Shown here piece by piece: positions 28,293 to 37,663 of a DNA stretch of 61,485 bases; position 1 is the stretch's first letter, and every line of letters begins with the position of its first letter. The stretch lies in IMG/VR virus record IMGVR_UViG_3300037067_026753; one strand, given 5' to 3'. Below the pieces are notes generated by a model. The model was not told the DNA's origin. It searched no databases and saw only the letters and a list, made by a program, of their open reading frames with translations. Made by a program: the position numbers and the translations under genes. The DNA comes from a virus.

Positions 28293-29975
28293 TTAGAATT
28301 TTGAAAGTTTCCATGACTGAGCAATTGGTATTCTTCGTCCAAAACCAAATGCTTTCCTATGTAATTTAATACCTAAAGGAGCCTGCCTGCGTTTGAATTC
28401 GGCGTTCTTGATTAGCTGACAGACTCTTTTTACTGCTTCAGGATGTTGATCAGCAATAATTTTGTATTTTTCGTATTCTGCAGGATCTAACCAGTCGCCT
28501 TCAATAAAGAGCTCGAGCAAAGCATCAAGAACAGGATATGGTGGCAAACTGTCGACGTCCTTTTGTCCGGGAGCCAATTCAGCGGAAGGCGCCTTATCAA
28601 TGATCGCTTGTGATATTGCTCCCGGGTATAATGTGTTATAATAAGCAGCCAGTTCATAAACTTTCATTTTGGGTAGATCGGAAATTGGAGAGAGACCGCC
28701 GCACATATCCCCATACATAGTACAATATCCGACAGACAATTCGCTCTTATTTCCTGTCGAAAGGACTAAGTATCCAAAACGATTCGAGTAAGTCATAAGG
28801 ATCATGCCACGAATACGAGCTTGCAAATTTTCTTCAGCAATTCCCGTTTTTTCAGGTGTTCCAAAGCATTTGTTAAATTCTTTGAGAATTGTTTCATAGA
28901 TTCCCTTAATGGGAAGAGTATGAAAATCTATGCCAAGATTTTTGCAAAGAGCCTCTGAATCTTCATAACTTCCGGTCGATGAATATTCCGAGGGCATTGT
29001 ACAACCCATGACTCTTTTAGAGCCAAGAGCTTCTTTTGCAACAGCAGAAACAACAGCGCTGTCTATACCACCAGATTCTCCTATAGCCACTCCTTTGAAA
29101 CCACACTTTGTAACATAAGAACGAACACCGCATACTATTTGCTTGAAATAAAATTCGGCATTCGAAGCATACGGTATATGTTCAATACCACCAGGTGACA
29201 TGCCATGAGTGTGATAAGCAAGCATTAAAGAATCAATTTCAGATCGTTCCTGAACAAAATCCCCCGACTTGAGGATTATAGCACCACGTTTGTTTGTGAC
29301 AAAGCTGTTACCGTCAAAAACAATGTCATCATTACCACCAACCTGATTGACGTAAACAATGGGCATTGCATATTGCTTGCTGATCCGCTTTATCATTTCG
29401 ACTCTTTCTTGATGTTTTCCGACAACAGAAGGAGAGCCGTTGATTGAGATAATGAATTCGACATTTGCATTGAAAAGATCTTCAACAGGATTTATTGTAT
29501 AAATTGAATTGTTGTACCACAGATCCTCACAGATAACAATTCCAATACGTATGCCGCGAAATTGAAAAATGCCCGGTTTTTCTCCCGGTTGAAAATAACG
29601 AGACTCATCGAAAATATCATAGGTAGGTAGTAACCTTTTCCTGTAGTTGTATATGACTTCACCTTTATAGCAAACTGCAGCCGAATTATAGAGCTTTTTC
29701 CCATGGCCTGTATTTTTTTCTACATAGCCGATTATAATTGGAGAATTGATTTCTTTTGTTTGTTCGAGAAACCATTTTAATGCTTCGTCTTGATCTGCAA
29801 GAAAAGCTGAATAATCGACTAAATCAAGAAGAGGATAGCCAGGGATAGTGAGTTCTGGGAAAACATACATGAAAACGCCATTGTCAGTTTTTTGCTTTAT
29901 AAAGTCGATAACTTTTTGAGCATTCCCCATAAAATCACCAACAATCGTGTCGATCTGACATAAGACAATATTCAT
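28293..29975 (-). CDS. nadE: Glutamine-dependent NAD+ synthetase (NadE, CN-hydrolase plus PP-loop synthetase)
   Basis: The N-terminal nitrilase-like domain has the catalytic Glu in VFPELTIPGY and a Cys in VICEDLW. The C-terminal SGGIDSAVV is a PP-loop ATP pyrophosphatase motif. Confidence 0.85.
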   Translation of the reverse strand: MNIVLCQIDTIVGDFMGNAQKVIDFIKQKTDNGVFMYVFPELTIPGYPLLDLVDYSAFLADQDEALKWFLEQTKEINSPIIIGYVEKNTGHGKKLYNSAAVCYKGEVIYNYRKRLLPTYDIFDESRYFQPGEKPGIFQFRGIRIGIVICEDLWYNNSIYTINPVEDLFNANVEFIISINGSPSVVGKHQERVEMIKRISKQYAMPIVYVNQVGGNDDIVFDGNSFVTNKRGAIILKSGDFVQERSEIDSLMLAYHTHGMSPGGIEHIPYASNAEFYFKQIVCGVRSYVTKCGFKGVAIGESGGIDSAVVSAVAKEALGSKRVMGCTMPSEYSSTGSYEDSEALCKNLGIDFHTLPIKGIYETILKEFNKCFGTPEKTGIAEENLQARIRGMILMTYSNRFGYLVLSTGNKSELSVGYCTMYGDMCGGLSPISDLPKMKVYELAAYYNTLYPGAISQAIIDKAPSAELAPGQKDVDSLPPYPVLDALLELFIEGDWLDPAEYEKYKIIADQHPEAVKRVCQLIKNAEFKRRQAPLGIKLHRKAFGFGRRIPIAQSWKLSKF

Positions 29976-29983
29976 AACTCTCC

Positions 29984-30292
29984 TTATTCTATGACTTCAA
30001 ACAAACCGTAGAGAAAGTGCTTGTGATCTTTATATCGGAATGCAACAAATCCATCATATCGAACTACTCTTGCGCAGGAATCATAGACTTGAACAACAGA
30101 ACCATCGCAAGCATACCGAAGTATCTGATATGTTCTTGGTTTTTCTTCAGTTTTACTACAACTTATAATCAAAGTGACTATAAAGAGCAAATTACAACTT
30201 ATAATCAAGGTGACTATAAAGAATAATTTAACGGATGATTTGCATTTTGTTTGCTGTAACAAAATCTCCCCCAATAGAAAATTGATAGACAT
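29984..30292 (-). CDS. Hypothetical hydrophobic small protein with an internal duplication
   Basis: LFFIVTLIISC is duplicated by a 36-bp tandem repeat. It overlaps the 3' end of the upstream gene by 65 nt. Confidence 0.3.
   Translation of the reverse strand: MSINFLLGEILLQQTKCKSSVKLFFIVTLIISCNLLFIVTLIISCSKTEEKPRTYQILRYACDGSVVQVYDSCARVVRYDGFVAFRYKDHKHFLYGLFEVIE
30158..30229. repeat. Two tandem copies of a 36-bp direct repeat
   Basis: acaacttataatcaaagtgactataaagagcaaatt followed by acaacttataatcaaggtgactataaagaataattt. Confidence 0.8.
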
Positions 30293-33014
30293 AAGAACCA
30301 GAAGTTAGGTTTATGTTTGAACTATAAGTTCCGGCATTGGTCGTATGATTAAATTTATATACTGTGCTTCCATTCATTGAAAAAATTATCAGTTTGACAT
30401 TGTTTTGTTTTGCAACCGAGTATTTGACCATTCCATTAGAAATAGAAAAAGAATTAGTTAATTTTTGAGTTGCTGTTATTATAGATGTCGGAATTTCCGC
30501 AAGGACGATAACATGATAAACAACCTGGGATTTGCCATCAGAAATTATGAAAGTCAACGTGTCCGAAATTGCTTTTTTCAAAGACACCTTATAAGTTGAA
30601 TCTTCGATTTCTACGACAAGGCTAGACACATTGAAGGTGGAGGTATCAATGGAATATATTAACTCATCTCCATCAGGGTCTATGACCTTCGCGTTAATTG
30701 CTATAGGCGTGTTCAACTTTTTAAAAGTTATTGTAGTGTCATTTGGCACAACAGGTATTCTATTCTTATCTGAGACCGTTAGAGTAACAGTCCTTTCTAC
30801 AGCAAGTTCGCCATCAGAAACAACAACCTTAAAAGTCTGTGTCCCAGCTGACGTATAATTGGTAGTAATTTTATAAGTATTTGCCTGTGCCAGTAATGTA
30901 GTTCCGGAATACCATTTTACTATAGGTGTTGTTCCTTCAGGGTCGCTTGCTGTAACTGAAAGAGTTATGCTATCGGTTTCATTTATAGACGTGTCATTGG
31001 TAATTGCAACAATTACTGGTGCTCCGTTTATATGTTTGACTATTAGATTATAAGTTTGCTTTGTAAAAGCGCCATACGTATCTGTTGCAGTTATTGAAAT
31101 AACAAGATTACTCCCAGTATCCTGCAACGTGGGCAGCCAAGAGATTAACCCGGAAGATGTCATTGTCATTGTTGCAGGATGAACAATTAATGTATAGGTA
31201 ATAGGTTGATCGTCAACAGCTTGAACTTGATAACTATATTGTTGTCCTTCATTTACTGTAGTAATAGGAGTTGACGTAAATACTGGAGGGACATTGGTTG
31301 TTGAAACTGCAATGTTGTAAGTCAGCGTGTCAAATGTTGGTGTTACATTCTGTTTTTGAATTACATCATAGTGATTCGAACTGTCGGTCAAGATTATTTT
31401 GACTGTCGTGTCAACTGATGTATGAAGTGGTTCGCCTGAGATTGCAAATTGGTTTTTTGATATTCTTGTCATTGACAACCAAGAAGGAAGTTTCGAATAC
31501 GAAAGATATGATGAATCATCATCAGGATCTGAAGTTATAATTGCCTGTGTATATTGTGTTCCTTCGGAGGCTGTAGTAAGTACCGATTTTGACATTGAAA
31601 TATTTCTTGAATAGATTTTCAAATTCCAGGTTATTGTATCATAAATAGGAATAGAGAAATTATCTCTTACCTGAAACTTGATTGTGTATGTTCCTGTCGA
31701 TAAACTTGTGTCTATTGAAAAAATCGTATCGACGAGATTTATTCCTATCGGATTTTGAATTATGGAATAGGTTAGTTGCGAATTTGAAGAATGATCAAAA
31801 GCATGCAACGTATCGACGTAATTTATTTGTTTTGCTTCATTAAGCAACCCAAGAGAATCTGTAAAATGAGTGTTGTAGAAAAACGGAGCATAGTTTAAAT
31901 CGTATTTTACTAAACCATTTGTCCCTGCATCTGCAACCTGATATGTAATTTGTTGTGTTGCATAATCTACTATCAAGTCTCTTATTGTGCCCGATATAGA
32001 TCTTGGGAGATAACAAAGAAAATCGCCTTTTGTAGAAAGGATTTTTGTATTGTCGGTTATGAACCCGGATTGAAAGGATGTTGTCAGAGACGCTATTGGG
32101 CAATAGTCAACATCGACACCCGTACTTGAAATTTTACGTGAATCGTAGAAAAATGTCGTGTCGACTGGATTGACCGCAAAAATCTTATGTACGTAACCTG
32201 AAGTTTTTACAGTAATACGTATTCCATTATAATATGAAAGTTGTCCTGAAGGATTTGTCAACCAGATACCATTGTTATCAACAAAATATCCAAGTACGTT
32301 TGGAATGATTGTGGTAGTATTGCAATTATCCGTTAATTCATAAAGTGTATCATTTGAAACAAAACGGATTGTATTGTCTTTGCAAGTAAGAGTAAGCAAC
32401 GTAGCATCGGATGATGTCGTTATCGTCGAATTCAATCTCCAGATTCCAAGATGATTTTTATAGATTTTTATTGTTCTCGATTTGGGTATTGCAATTGCAG
32501 TATAAATAGAATCAAGTTTGAAAATTTGAATATATGTATTGATTGTATCTCTCCGCGAGTCGGCAGCTCCGACCATAAACAAACCATCAGAAGCAGACCC
32601 TCGTATATCAGGATGTGCTTTCCATTCTGTGTTGAGATATCTTTTAACTGAATCAATGTCAACTTGAAAATTCGGATCGCCTGCCTTTGCTATACCGAAA
32701 AAAGGGCTTTGTTGGTAGACACCAATTCCTAAAGTGTCGATTGTGTCGGCAGGTGTACTAACTGTTATTCTACCTTTCTTTGCATAAAGACCCCAGTATG
32801 TGTCATCGATTTCAGCAGCCAAATACCAACTCTTACTCAGATTTGAAAACTCTGTTATGGGAGAAGACGTGTAAGTTGCATTCTGTTGTTTCGGCATTGC
32901 CGCCATAACTTCCAGCATTAAAACAACGATCATGATGATAGATTTGTGAAGCATATAGAACCTCCTGCTTTGGGTGTAGTGTTTATATCGTGAGATATAT
33001 TTTAACACAGCCAA
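30228..33014 (-). CDS. Large secreted Ig/cadherin-like repeat protein with a T9SS C-terminal sorting domain
   Basis: N-terminal signal peptide (MLHKSIIMIVVLMLEVMAA), Thr/Ser-rich beta repeats, and a C-terminal segment of about 80 aa (VKYSVAKQNNVKLIIFSMNGSTVYKF...SGSYVYQFSIGGDFVTANKMQIIR). The C-terminal segment matches the Por-secretion (T9SS) CTD pattern. Confidence 0.65.
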   Translation of the reverse strand: MAVLKYISRYKHYTQSRRFYMLHKSIIMIVVLMLEVMAAMPKQQNATYTSSPITEFSNLSKSWYLAAEIDDTYWGLYAKKGRITVSTPADTIDTLGIGVYQQSPFFGIAKAGDPNFQVDIDSVKRYLNTEWKAHPDIRGSASDGLFMVGAADSRRDTINTYIQIFKLDSIYTAIAIPKSRTIKIYKNHLGIWRLNSTITTSSDATLLTLTCKDNTIRFVSNDTLYELTDNCNTTTIIPNVLGYFVDNNGIWLTNPSGQLSYYNGIRITVKTSGYVHKIFAVNPVDTTFFYDSRKISSTGVDVDYCPIASLTTSFQSGFITDNTKILSTKGDFLCYLPRSISGTIRDLIVDYATQQITYQVADAGTNGLVKYDLNYAPFFYNTHFTDSLGLLNEAKQINYVDTLHAFDHSSNSQLTYSIIQNPIGINLVDTIFSIDTSLSTGTYTIKFQVRDNFSIPIYDTITWNLKIYSRNISMSKSVLTTASEGTQYTQAIITSDPDDDSSYLSYSKLPSWLSMTRISKNQFAISGEPLHTSVDTTVKIILTDSSNHYDVIQKQNVTPTFDTLTYNIAVSTTNVPPVFTSTPITTVNEGQQYSYQVQAVDDQPITYTLIVHPATMTMTSSGLISWLPTLQDTGSNLVISITATDTYGAFTKQTYNLIVKHINGAPVIVAITNDTSINETDSITLSVTASDPEGTTPIVKWYSGTTLLAQANTYKITTNYTSAGTQTFKVVVSDGELAVERTVTLTVSDKNRIPVVPNDTTITFKKLNTPIAINAKVIDPDGDELIYSIDTSTFNVSSLVVEIEDSTYKVSLKKAISDTLTFIISDGKSQVVYHVIVLAEIPTSIITATQKLTNSFSISNGMVKYSVAKQNNVKLIIFSMNGSTVYKFNHTTNAGTYSSNINLTSGSYVYQFSIGGDFVTANKMQIIR

Positions 33015-33058
33015 TGAGGGCCTATATTAAGGATATAACAAATCGGGTGGGTTTTAAA

Positions 33059-33709
33059 CTACAAAATTATCTTTTTTTCATGGCCGACATGTAATTGAGG
33101 ATCTACGAAGATTTGATAGCCTTTTTCTTTAATCAAACGACAAAAAGAAACATCTTCTGAACAAAAATCTTTTATTCCGTTAAAATCATAAAATAAAGGA
33201 CGAAACCATGGATATGATAAAGATTCAAATACACCTTTTTTAATAAGCATAAAACCCATACCAGTATATGCTACATCAAGTAACCCTTTGTCTTTTATAT
33301 CATTATGGGTTAAGAAATCAAAACACCCTTGTTTTTTAAATTTTTCTTCATCCCATTCTTTAACCGTGGCAAAATGCATTTGATCCGACATAAGATATAT
33401 GCCAGAAATAATATTTTTGTCGTAATCAAGTAGTTTTTGAAATTGAGCAGGTTTAAAAATTATGTCGTTGTCTATCCACATCAAATGTGTATAATCAATT
33501 TTCCCATCAAAAGGTTTTTGGTTTTCTCCCCGCAGAACATCACCACCCAAGCACATATTTCTAGCATAATAAACTACTGGAGATTCGCCTCGGGTAAAAA
33601 CAAATCTTATTTTTTGCCTGACGCAATACACTACTAGTTCTAAGAAACAATCAAAAAATCTACCAGAAAACGAGGTCCCAGTCAAACAGAAGACGATTTT
33701 ACTTTCCAT
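33059..33709 (-). CDS. Hypothetical protein, possibly a glycosyltransferase-like fold
   Basis: WIDNDIIF (DxD-like) and GMGFMLIKKGVFE. Weak. Confidence 0.35.
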   Translation of the reverse strand: MESKIVFCLTGTSFSGRFFDCFLELVVYCVRQKIRFVFTRGESPVVYYARNMCLGGDVLRGENQKPFDGKIDYTHLMWIDNDIIFKPAQFQKLLDYDKNIISGIYLMSDQMHFATVKEWDEEKFKKQGCFDFLTHNDIKDKGLLDVAYTGMGFMLIKKGVFESLSYPWFRPLFYDFNGIKDFCSEDVSFCRLIKEKGYQIFVDPQLHVGHEKKIIL

Positions 33710-34574
33710 GACCTATTTCGTCTCTAAAAAATTCACATTGGGCATAGACGTTTTGTGAATCTTTTTTGCAGGTCTTGCATGTGGTATCTTTTTCTTCTAA
33801 TCTTCCGAATGTTTCGCATGTCCTTGCCGATTCAATTAACTGTTTAATTTCATCAGCAAGCCAGATCCCTTTGCTTAATCTTTCAACTTTATCTACATTT
33901 TTAATTGTTTCACAAATATTTTCAAGTTGAAATTGATAATGTTTTATTTCTTCTTTTAGTTCTTCAATAACCATTGATTCCGAGTCAAGTTTCTCAGTTT
34001 CATCGAGCATTGTTTTTATGCTCATCTTTCTGTCAGGTATATCGCCTTCAACTTCTCTCTTCAATTCTCTATATTTTAAAATACATGATTTTCGTGTTTT
34101 TTCTTTTAAAAGTTGTGGGTATTCTTCAACAGCTTGGAGCCCTTCTAATAAACTCCAAATTTTCTGTTTGCTTACTTTTTGTTGTTTTTCAAGAAATTCA
34201 AAATCAACTTCATGCCCTAAAGATTGCAAACGTTTAAGCGCTTTCAATTCTTCTTGCCAAGTAAGTTGTTTTCGTCCAAGATTCTCATTGAACATCAATT
34301 GAGTTCTTTGCAGATCAGTTAAATTGTCATAAATAATGACAAGAGCATTAGGGATACCTGTTGATTTTAATCCTAAAAGACGTCTTTCACCTGAAACTAG
34401 ATCGTATCGATCGCCTTTTCTACAAACAATGATTGGTTGAATGTTGCCATTTGTAGACTTTAAACTTTCTTCAAGATCTCGAGTTTCTTCAGTTCCGAAT
34501 TCTTCTCTTATATTAAATGCTGGTATAATATCGATTGAATCAACAGGGATTTCGTCTAGTGTCATGTTTTTCAT
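33699..34574 (-). CDS. ParB/Srx-like nuclease domain protein
   Basis: LVSGERRLLGLK (GERR motif box) in the N-terminal domain. Coiled-coil C-terminus with Cys pairs. Confidence 0.6.
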   Translation of the reverse strand: MKNMTLDEIPVDSIDIIPAFNIREEFGTEETRDLEESLKSTNGNIQPIIVCRKGDRYDLVSGERRLLGLKSTGIPNALVIIYDNLTDLQRTQLMFNENLGRKQLTWQEELKALKRLQSLGHEVDFEFLEKQQKVSKQKIWSLLEGLQAVEEYPQLLKEKTRKSCILKYRELKREVEGDIPDRKMSIKTMLDETEKLDSESMVIEELKEEIKHYQFQLENICETIKNVDKVERLSKGIWLADEIKQLIESARTCETFGRLEEKDTTCKTCKKDSQNVYAQCEFFRDEIGHGK

Positions 34575-34876
34575 AATTGCTCTTCTGTATAATAGATAAT
34601 GTAATTTTCATCGCAAAGAGAACACTTAAAGCTTTTATCAGGTATTTCAGAGCTATTTTTAAATGCTATATAATTGCCACAGGGGCAAGAAAGAGCTAAA
34701 TAAACTGGGCCCAGAATCTCATTGGATTCTGAGCTCAGTAAGAAATCACCTTTTACTATCTCAATGCTTTTATGTCCTGTTTGATTCTTCATATGAATCA
34801 AACCATCTATGAAACCAATAAGATAATCTCTATTTTTTGCTTTTATAATCGCTGTTATTTCATTGCTCTGCACCAT
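34571..34876 (-). CDS. Hypothetical small protein with Cys pairs (101 aa)
   Basis: CPCGN...CSLC. Confidence 0.4.
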   Translation of the reverse strand: MVQSNEITAIIKAKNRDYLIGFIDGLIHMKNQTGHKSIEIVKGDFLLSSESNEILGPVYLALSCPCGNYIAFKNSSEIPDKSFKCSLCDENYIIYYTEEQL

Positions 34877-35291
34877 GTTCTTCTTTCGTTTCTACATGCT
34901 CAAGTTGTTCTTCATGTTCTTCATCTATTACAACCTTTTTAGGCGTTAAAATTTGAATTCTATCAGCAAGAATTTCTACAACAGACATCTCACTACCGCT
35001 TATTTGTCTTGTTTGTAAAGATCCTTCGATATAGACTTTATCACCTTTTTCAAGGTTTTGTTCGCAGAGTTCGGCAAGTTGGAGCCAAGCTGTAACACTT
35101 ACATAACATGAATCTTCTTTCAATTCACCAGCTTTTGTTCTAAATTTTCTTGAACATGCAATTCTAAAATTAGCGACTTTCTTTTTATTTCCGTGCGTGA
35201 GATTCACCCTTGGTTCGCAAACAACATTCCCTGCAATCATGACTTTATTGATCATAGGAGCACTGAAATAATTAGCCATTATAAACTCCAA
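34860..35291 (-). CDS. ssb: Single-stranded DNA-binding protein (OB fold)
   Basis: NKVMIAGNVV..R.T..G..VANFRIA......E..SCYVSVTAWLQLAE.....LEKGDKVYIEGSLQTR with an acidic C-terminal tail. Confidence 0.75.
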   Translation of the reverse strand: MEFIMANYFSAPMINKVMIAGNVVCEPRVNLTHGNKKKVANFRIACSRKFRTKAGELKEDSCYVSVTAWLQLAELCEQNLEKGDKVYIEGSLQTRQISGSEMSVVEILADRIQILTPKKVVIDEEHEEQLEHVETKEEHGAEQ

Positions 35292-35292
35292 G

Positions 35293-35532
35293 TTATTCAG
35301 CAGCTTTTGGTTCTTTTTCTGTTTTTGAAATTGTCGGGATAATTTCTTGAATATCTTTTCTGATAAAACGAGTCAGTTTTGCTATTGAAAGCAAAGCTTT
35401 CCTAGCTCTATGGCCAGACACCTTTTTCTGTTTCTCAGTCAAAAGACTGTATTCAAGCTTAAATTCAGCAAAAAGTTTGTCAAAATCAGAAATTCTTTCT
35501 GCTGGTGTTGCCGGTACCTTGTAACTTGCCAT
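35293..35532 (-). CDS. Hypothetical small basic protein (79 aa)
   Basis: ORF from the supplied track. Confidence 0.4.
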   Translation of the reverse strand: MASYKVPATPAERISDFDKLFAEFKLEYSLLTEKQKKVSGHRARKALLSIAKLTRFIRKDIQEIIPTISKTEKEPKAAE

Positions 35533-36292
35533 AGTTCCTCCTAAAAGATAAAAGTGTTTTCAAGCCAATTTCTAAATTGACAAGTGGCTCCCATTTATAA
35601 AATTTGAAATTATCACAATTGAAAGCAATCTCAAGTTTTTTTCTTCTCCATTGAATATTGATATTATTAAATTGTCTTGTCTTTTTTATTAGTTCTACTA
35701 ATTTTCTTAATTCAATTGACTGTCCACTCGCAATATCAAATACACCAGAAACTTCTTTTCTCAATGCAATTTCGATTGCGCTTATTACATCGCCATCATA
35801 AATAAAATCTCGAATAGAATTTTCAAATTCTCCAGAATTGACAAACAACAATTGCTCTATAAGACTCCCTGGCATAGACAAACCATAAACTTCAGAAACT
35901 CTAAAAATCACATATTGTTTTCTAGAATCTATGATTTTTTTCTCAATTGCAAGATATTTTTCGCATATTTCGTTCTTGGGGATAACTTTAGAATAAACAC
36001 TAAATGGAAGAGCATTTTTGCTATTCAAATAAAGATCTAATGCGTTTTCTATCAAAATGATTTTTCTTGTCCTGCTTTCTAAAACATCGTTAATTATTGT
36101 TTCTGTTTGTTCATCAAATTCATAAAGATCGACTATGACAATTGTAGGGTCATGTTTTGTAGGCAGAACAGAACCATATTCAGAATCAAGTGAGTCTTCT
36201 ACAAGACATGAATTTATATGCCTTGTCAGATAGCTGTTCTTGTTAGATGCAATAAAAATCTTATTTTCACTTGGTAGCATTTTTTTGCTCAA
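35486..36292 (-). CDS. Hypothetical protein (268 aa)
   Basis: ORF from the supplied track. Confidence 0.5.
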   Translation of the reverse strand: MSKKMLPSENKIFIASNKNSYLTRHINSCLVEDSLDSEYGSVLPTKHDPTIVIVDLYEFDEQTETIINDVLESRTRKIILIENALDLYLNSKNALPFSVYSKVIPKNEICEKYLAIEKKIIDSRKQYVIFRVSEVYGLSMPGSLIEQLLFVNSGEFENSIRDFIYDGDVISAIEIALRKEVSGVFDIASGQSIELRKLVELIKKTRQFNNINIQWRRKKLEIAFNCDNFKFYKWEPLVNLEIGLKTLLSFRRNYGKLQGTGNTSRKNF

Positions 36293-36548
36293 AATATTCT
36301 AATATTGCTTTGCACACATTTATCACTTTATCTTTATCATAACCCAATATATAATCAATCAATTTCATGCCATTGTGAATAGCAAGAATTTCTAGAAATA
36401 CGTAATCTGTTTTTGGATCAAAACGAAAATTGATTGCATTTCTTGTATGCAAATCGTTAGACTCAAAAGTCGACAACAAAGAAATGATCAAATCTAACTT
36501 TGAAGGATCTAATTCAGGGATTTCTCCCTTAGGCGATTTGAAAATCAT
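36267..36548 (-). CDS. Hypothetical protein (93 aa)
   Basis: ORF from the supplied track. Confidence 0.4.
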   Translation of the reverse strand: MIFKSPKGEIPELDPSKLDLIISLLSTFESNDLHTRNAINFRFDPKTDYVFLEILAIHNGMKLIDYILGYDKDKVINVCKAILEYFEQKNATK

Positions 36549-37441
36549 TCTTTCACCCTCACATCTTTCAAATCTTTTACCTTAGCCTCAAAAGACTTAT
36601 TGATTTCTTCTTCAATCCCGACCAGTTCTCTTTGAAACTCTTTATAGAATTGTGCTTTTTCATGTTGATCTACAGATAACGAAGTATCGACAGAAGATTT
36701 AATCCTCTTGATCAAGCATTCGATAACCGTTCTTAAATAAAGTCGTTCTGCTTCTTTATACAAAGCAGGATTGATTGATTCAGCTTTTAAACCAAGAAAA
36801 TCTGCTGTTTTAGGATCAAGGAATTGAAGTTGTCTATCAAGGTACTCAGCTTGCTTGCTTTGAAGCATAGCTTTTGACCACATTTTTAATTTTGATATGA
36901 CATTCATTTGGAGGTTGTTCATGATAGTCTCTTGTTTCATGATCAAATTTTCCAAGTTAAATGTCCTACCCTCTTTTATCCTGTCATTTTTTATCGTGTC
37001 TAATTCTTGGAGACGCTTGATCTGTTCTTTCATAGAGAGTTCTAATAGTTCTAAGTCATTGACTCTTCTACTAGCAAGAACAGAAAACACGTCTTTCATT
37101 TCTTTTTGTTCAACGGCAGGGAGATTACCAAATCCCATTTTCCTGTTGAATTCAGCAATTGCTGCACCTGTACACTCGAAATGTTTCGAAAAATGCTCTG
37201 AAACTGTTGCAAGTTCTAAATTTTTACCTGTAGCGAGTAGAACTTCTTCTGAAAATTCTTCAACAATAGATTTGTATGTTGAACCTGCAAGATAAGCTCT
37301 ATTTATTCTGATAGCAATGGAAGGTAGATTACAACAGGGACAATGAGGATCTGGTTGAATATATTTCGAGACAATAGAATCTTTATCTTCTTCAATCAAC
37401 GTATCAATCGGACGTATTTCAAGTTGTCTTTCATCTGGCAT
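36545..37441 (-). CDS. Hypothetical protein (298 aa) with an N-terminal Cys motif
   Basis: HCPCCN near the N-terminus; helical. Confidence 0.5.
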   Translation of the reverse strand: MPDERQLEIRPIDTLIEEDKDSIVSKYIQPDPHCPCCNLPSIAIRINRAYLAGSTYKSIVEEFSEEVLLATGKNLELATVSEHFSKHFECTGAAIAEFNRKMGFGNLPAVEQKEMKDVFSVLASRRVNDLELLELSMKEQIKRLQELDTIKNDRIKEGRTFNLENLIMKQETIMNNLQMNVISKLKMWSKAMLQSKQAEYLDRQLQFLDPKTADFLGLKAESINPALYKEAERLYLRTVIECLIKRIKSSVDTSLSVDQHEKAQFYKEFQRELVGIEEEINKSFEAKVKDLKDVRVKE

Positions 37442-37444
37442 TTT

Positions 37445-37663
37445 CTATCCCTTAGCTTCTAGAGCTTCTATAAACCGACTGATTTCATTTAATTCTCTAG
37501 CATTAATTTGTACATATCTTATAGGAGAAAATAAAGTAGATCCACCTAAACGCTGAATAACTCCTATACATTTGCTTCTCTTATAGACATCATGCAACCA
37601 ATAAGTGCGTGCTTTTTTCTTGAATGTTAAAGTTTTTGTTTTATGTACAATTACTTCATTCAT
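37445..37663 (-). CDS. Hypothetical small protein (72 aa)
   Basis: ORF from the supplied track. Confidence 0.4.
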   Translation of the reverse strand: MNEVIVHKTKTLTFKKKARTYWLHDVYKRSKCIGVIQRLGGSTLFSPIRYVQINARELNEISRFIEALEAKG

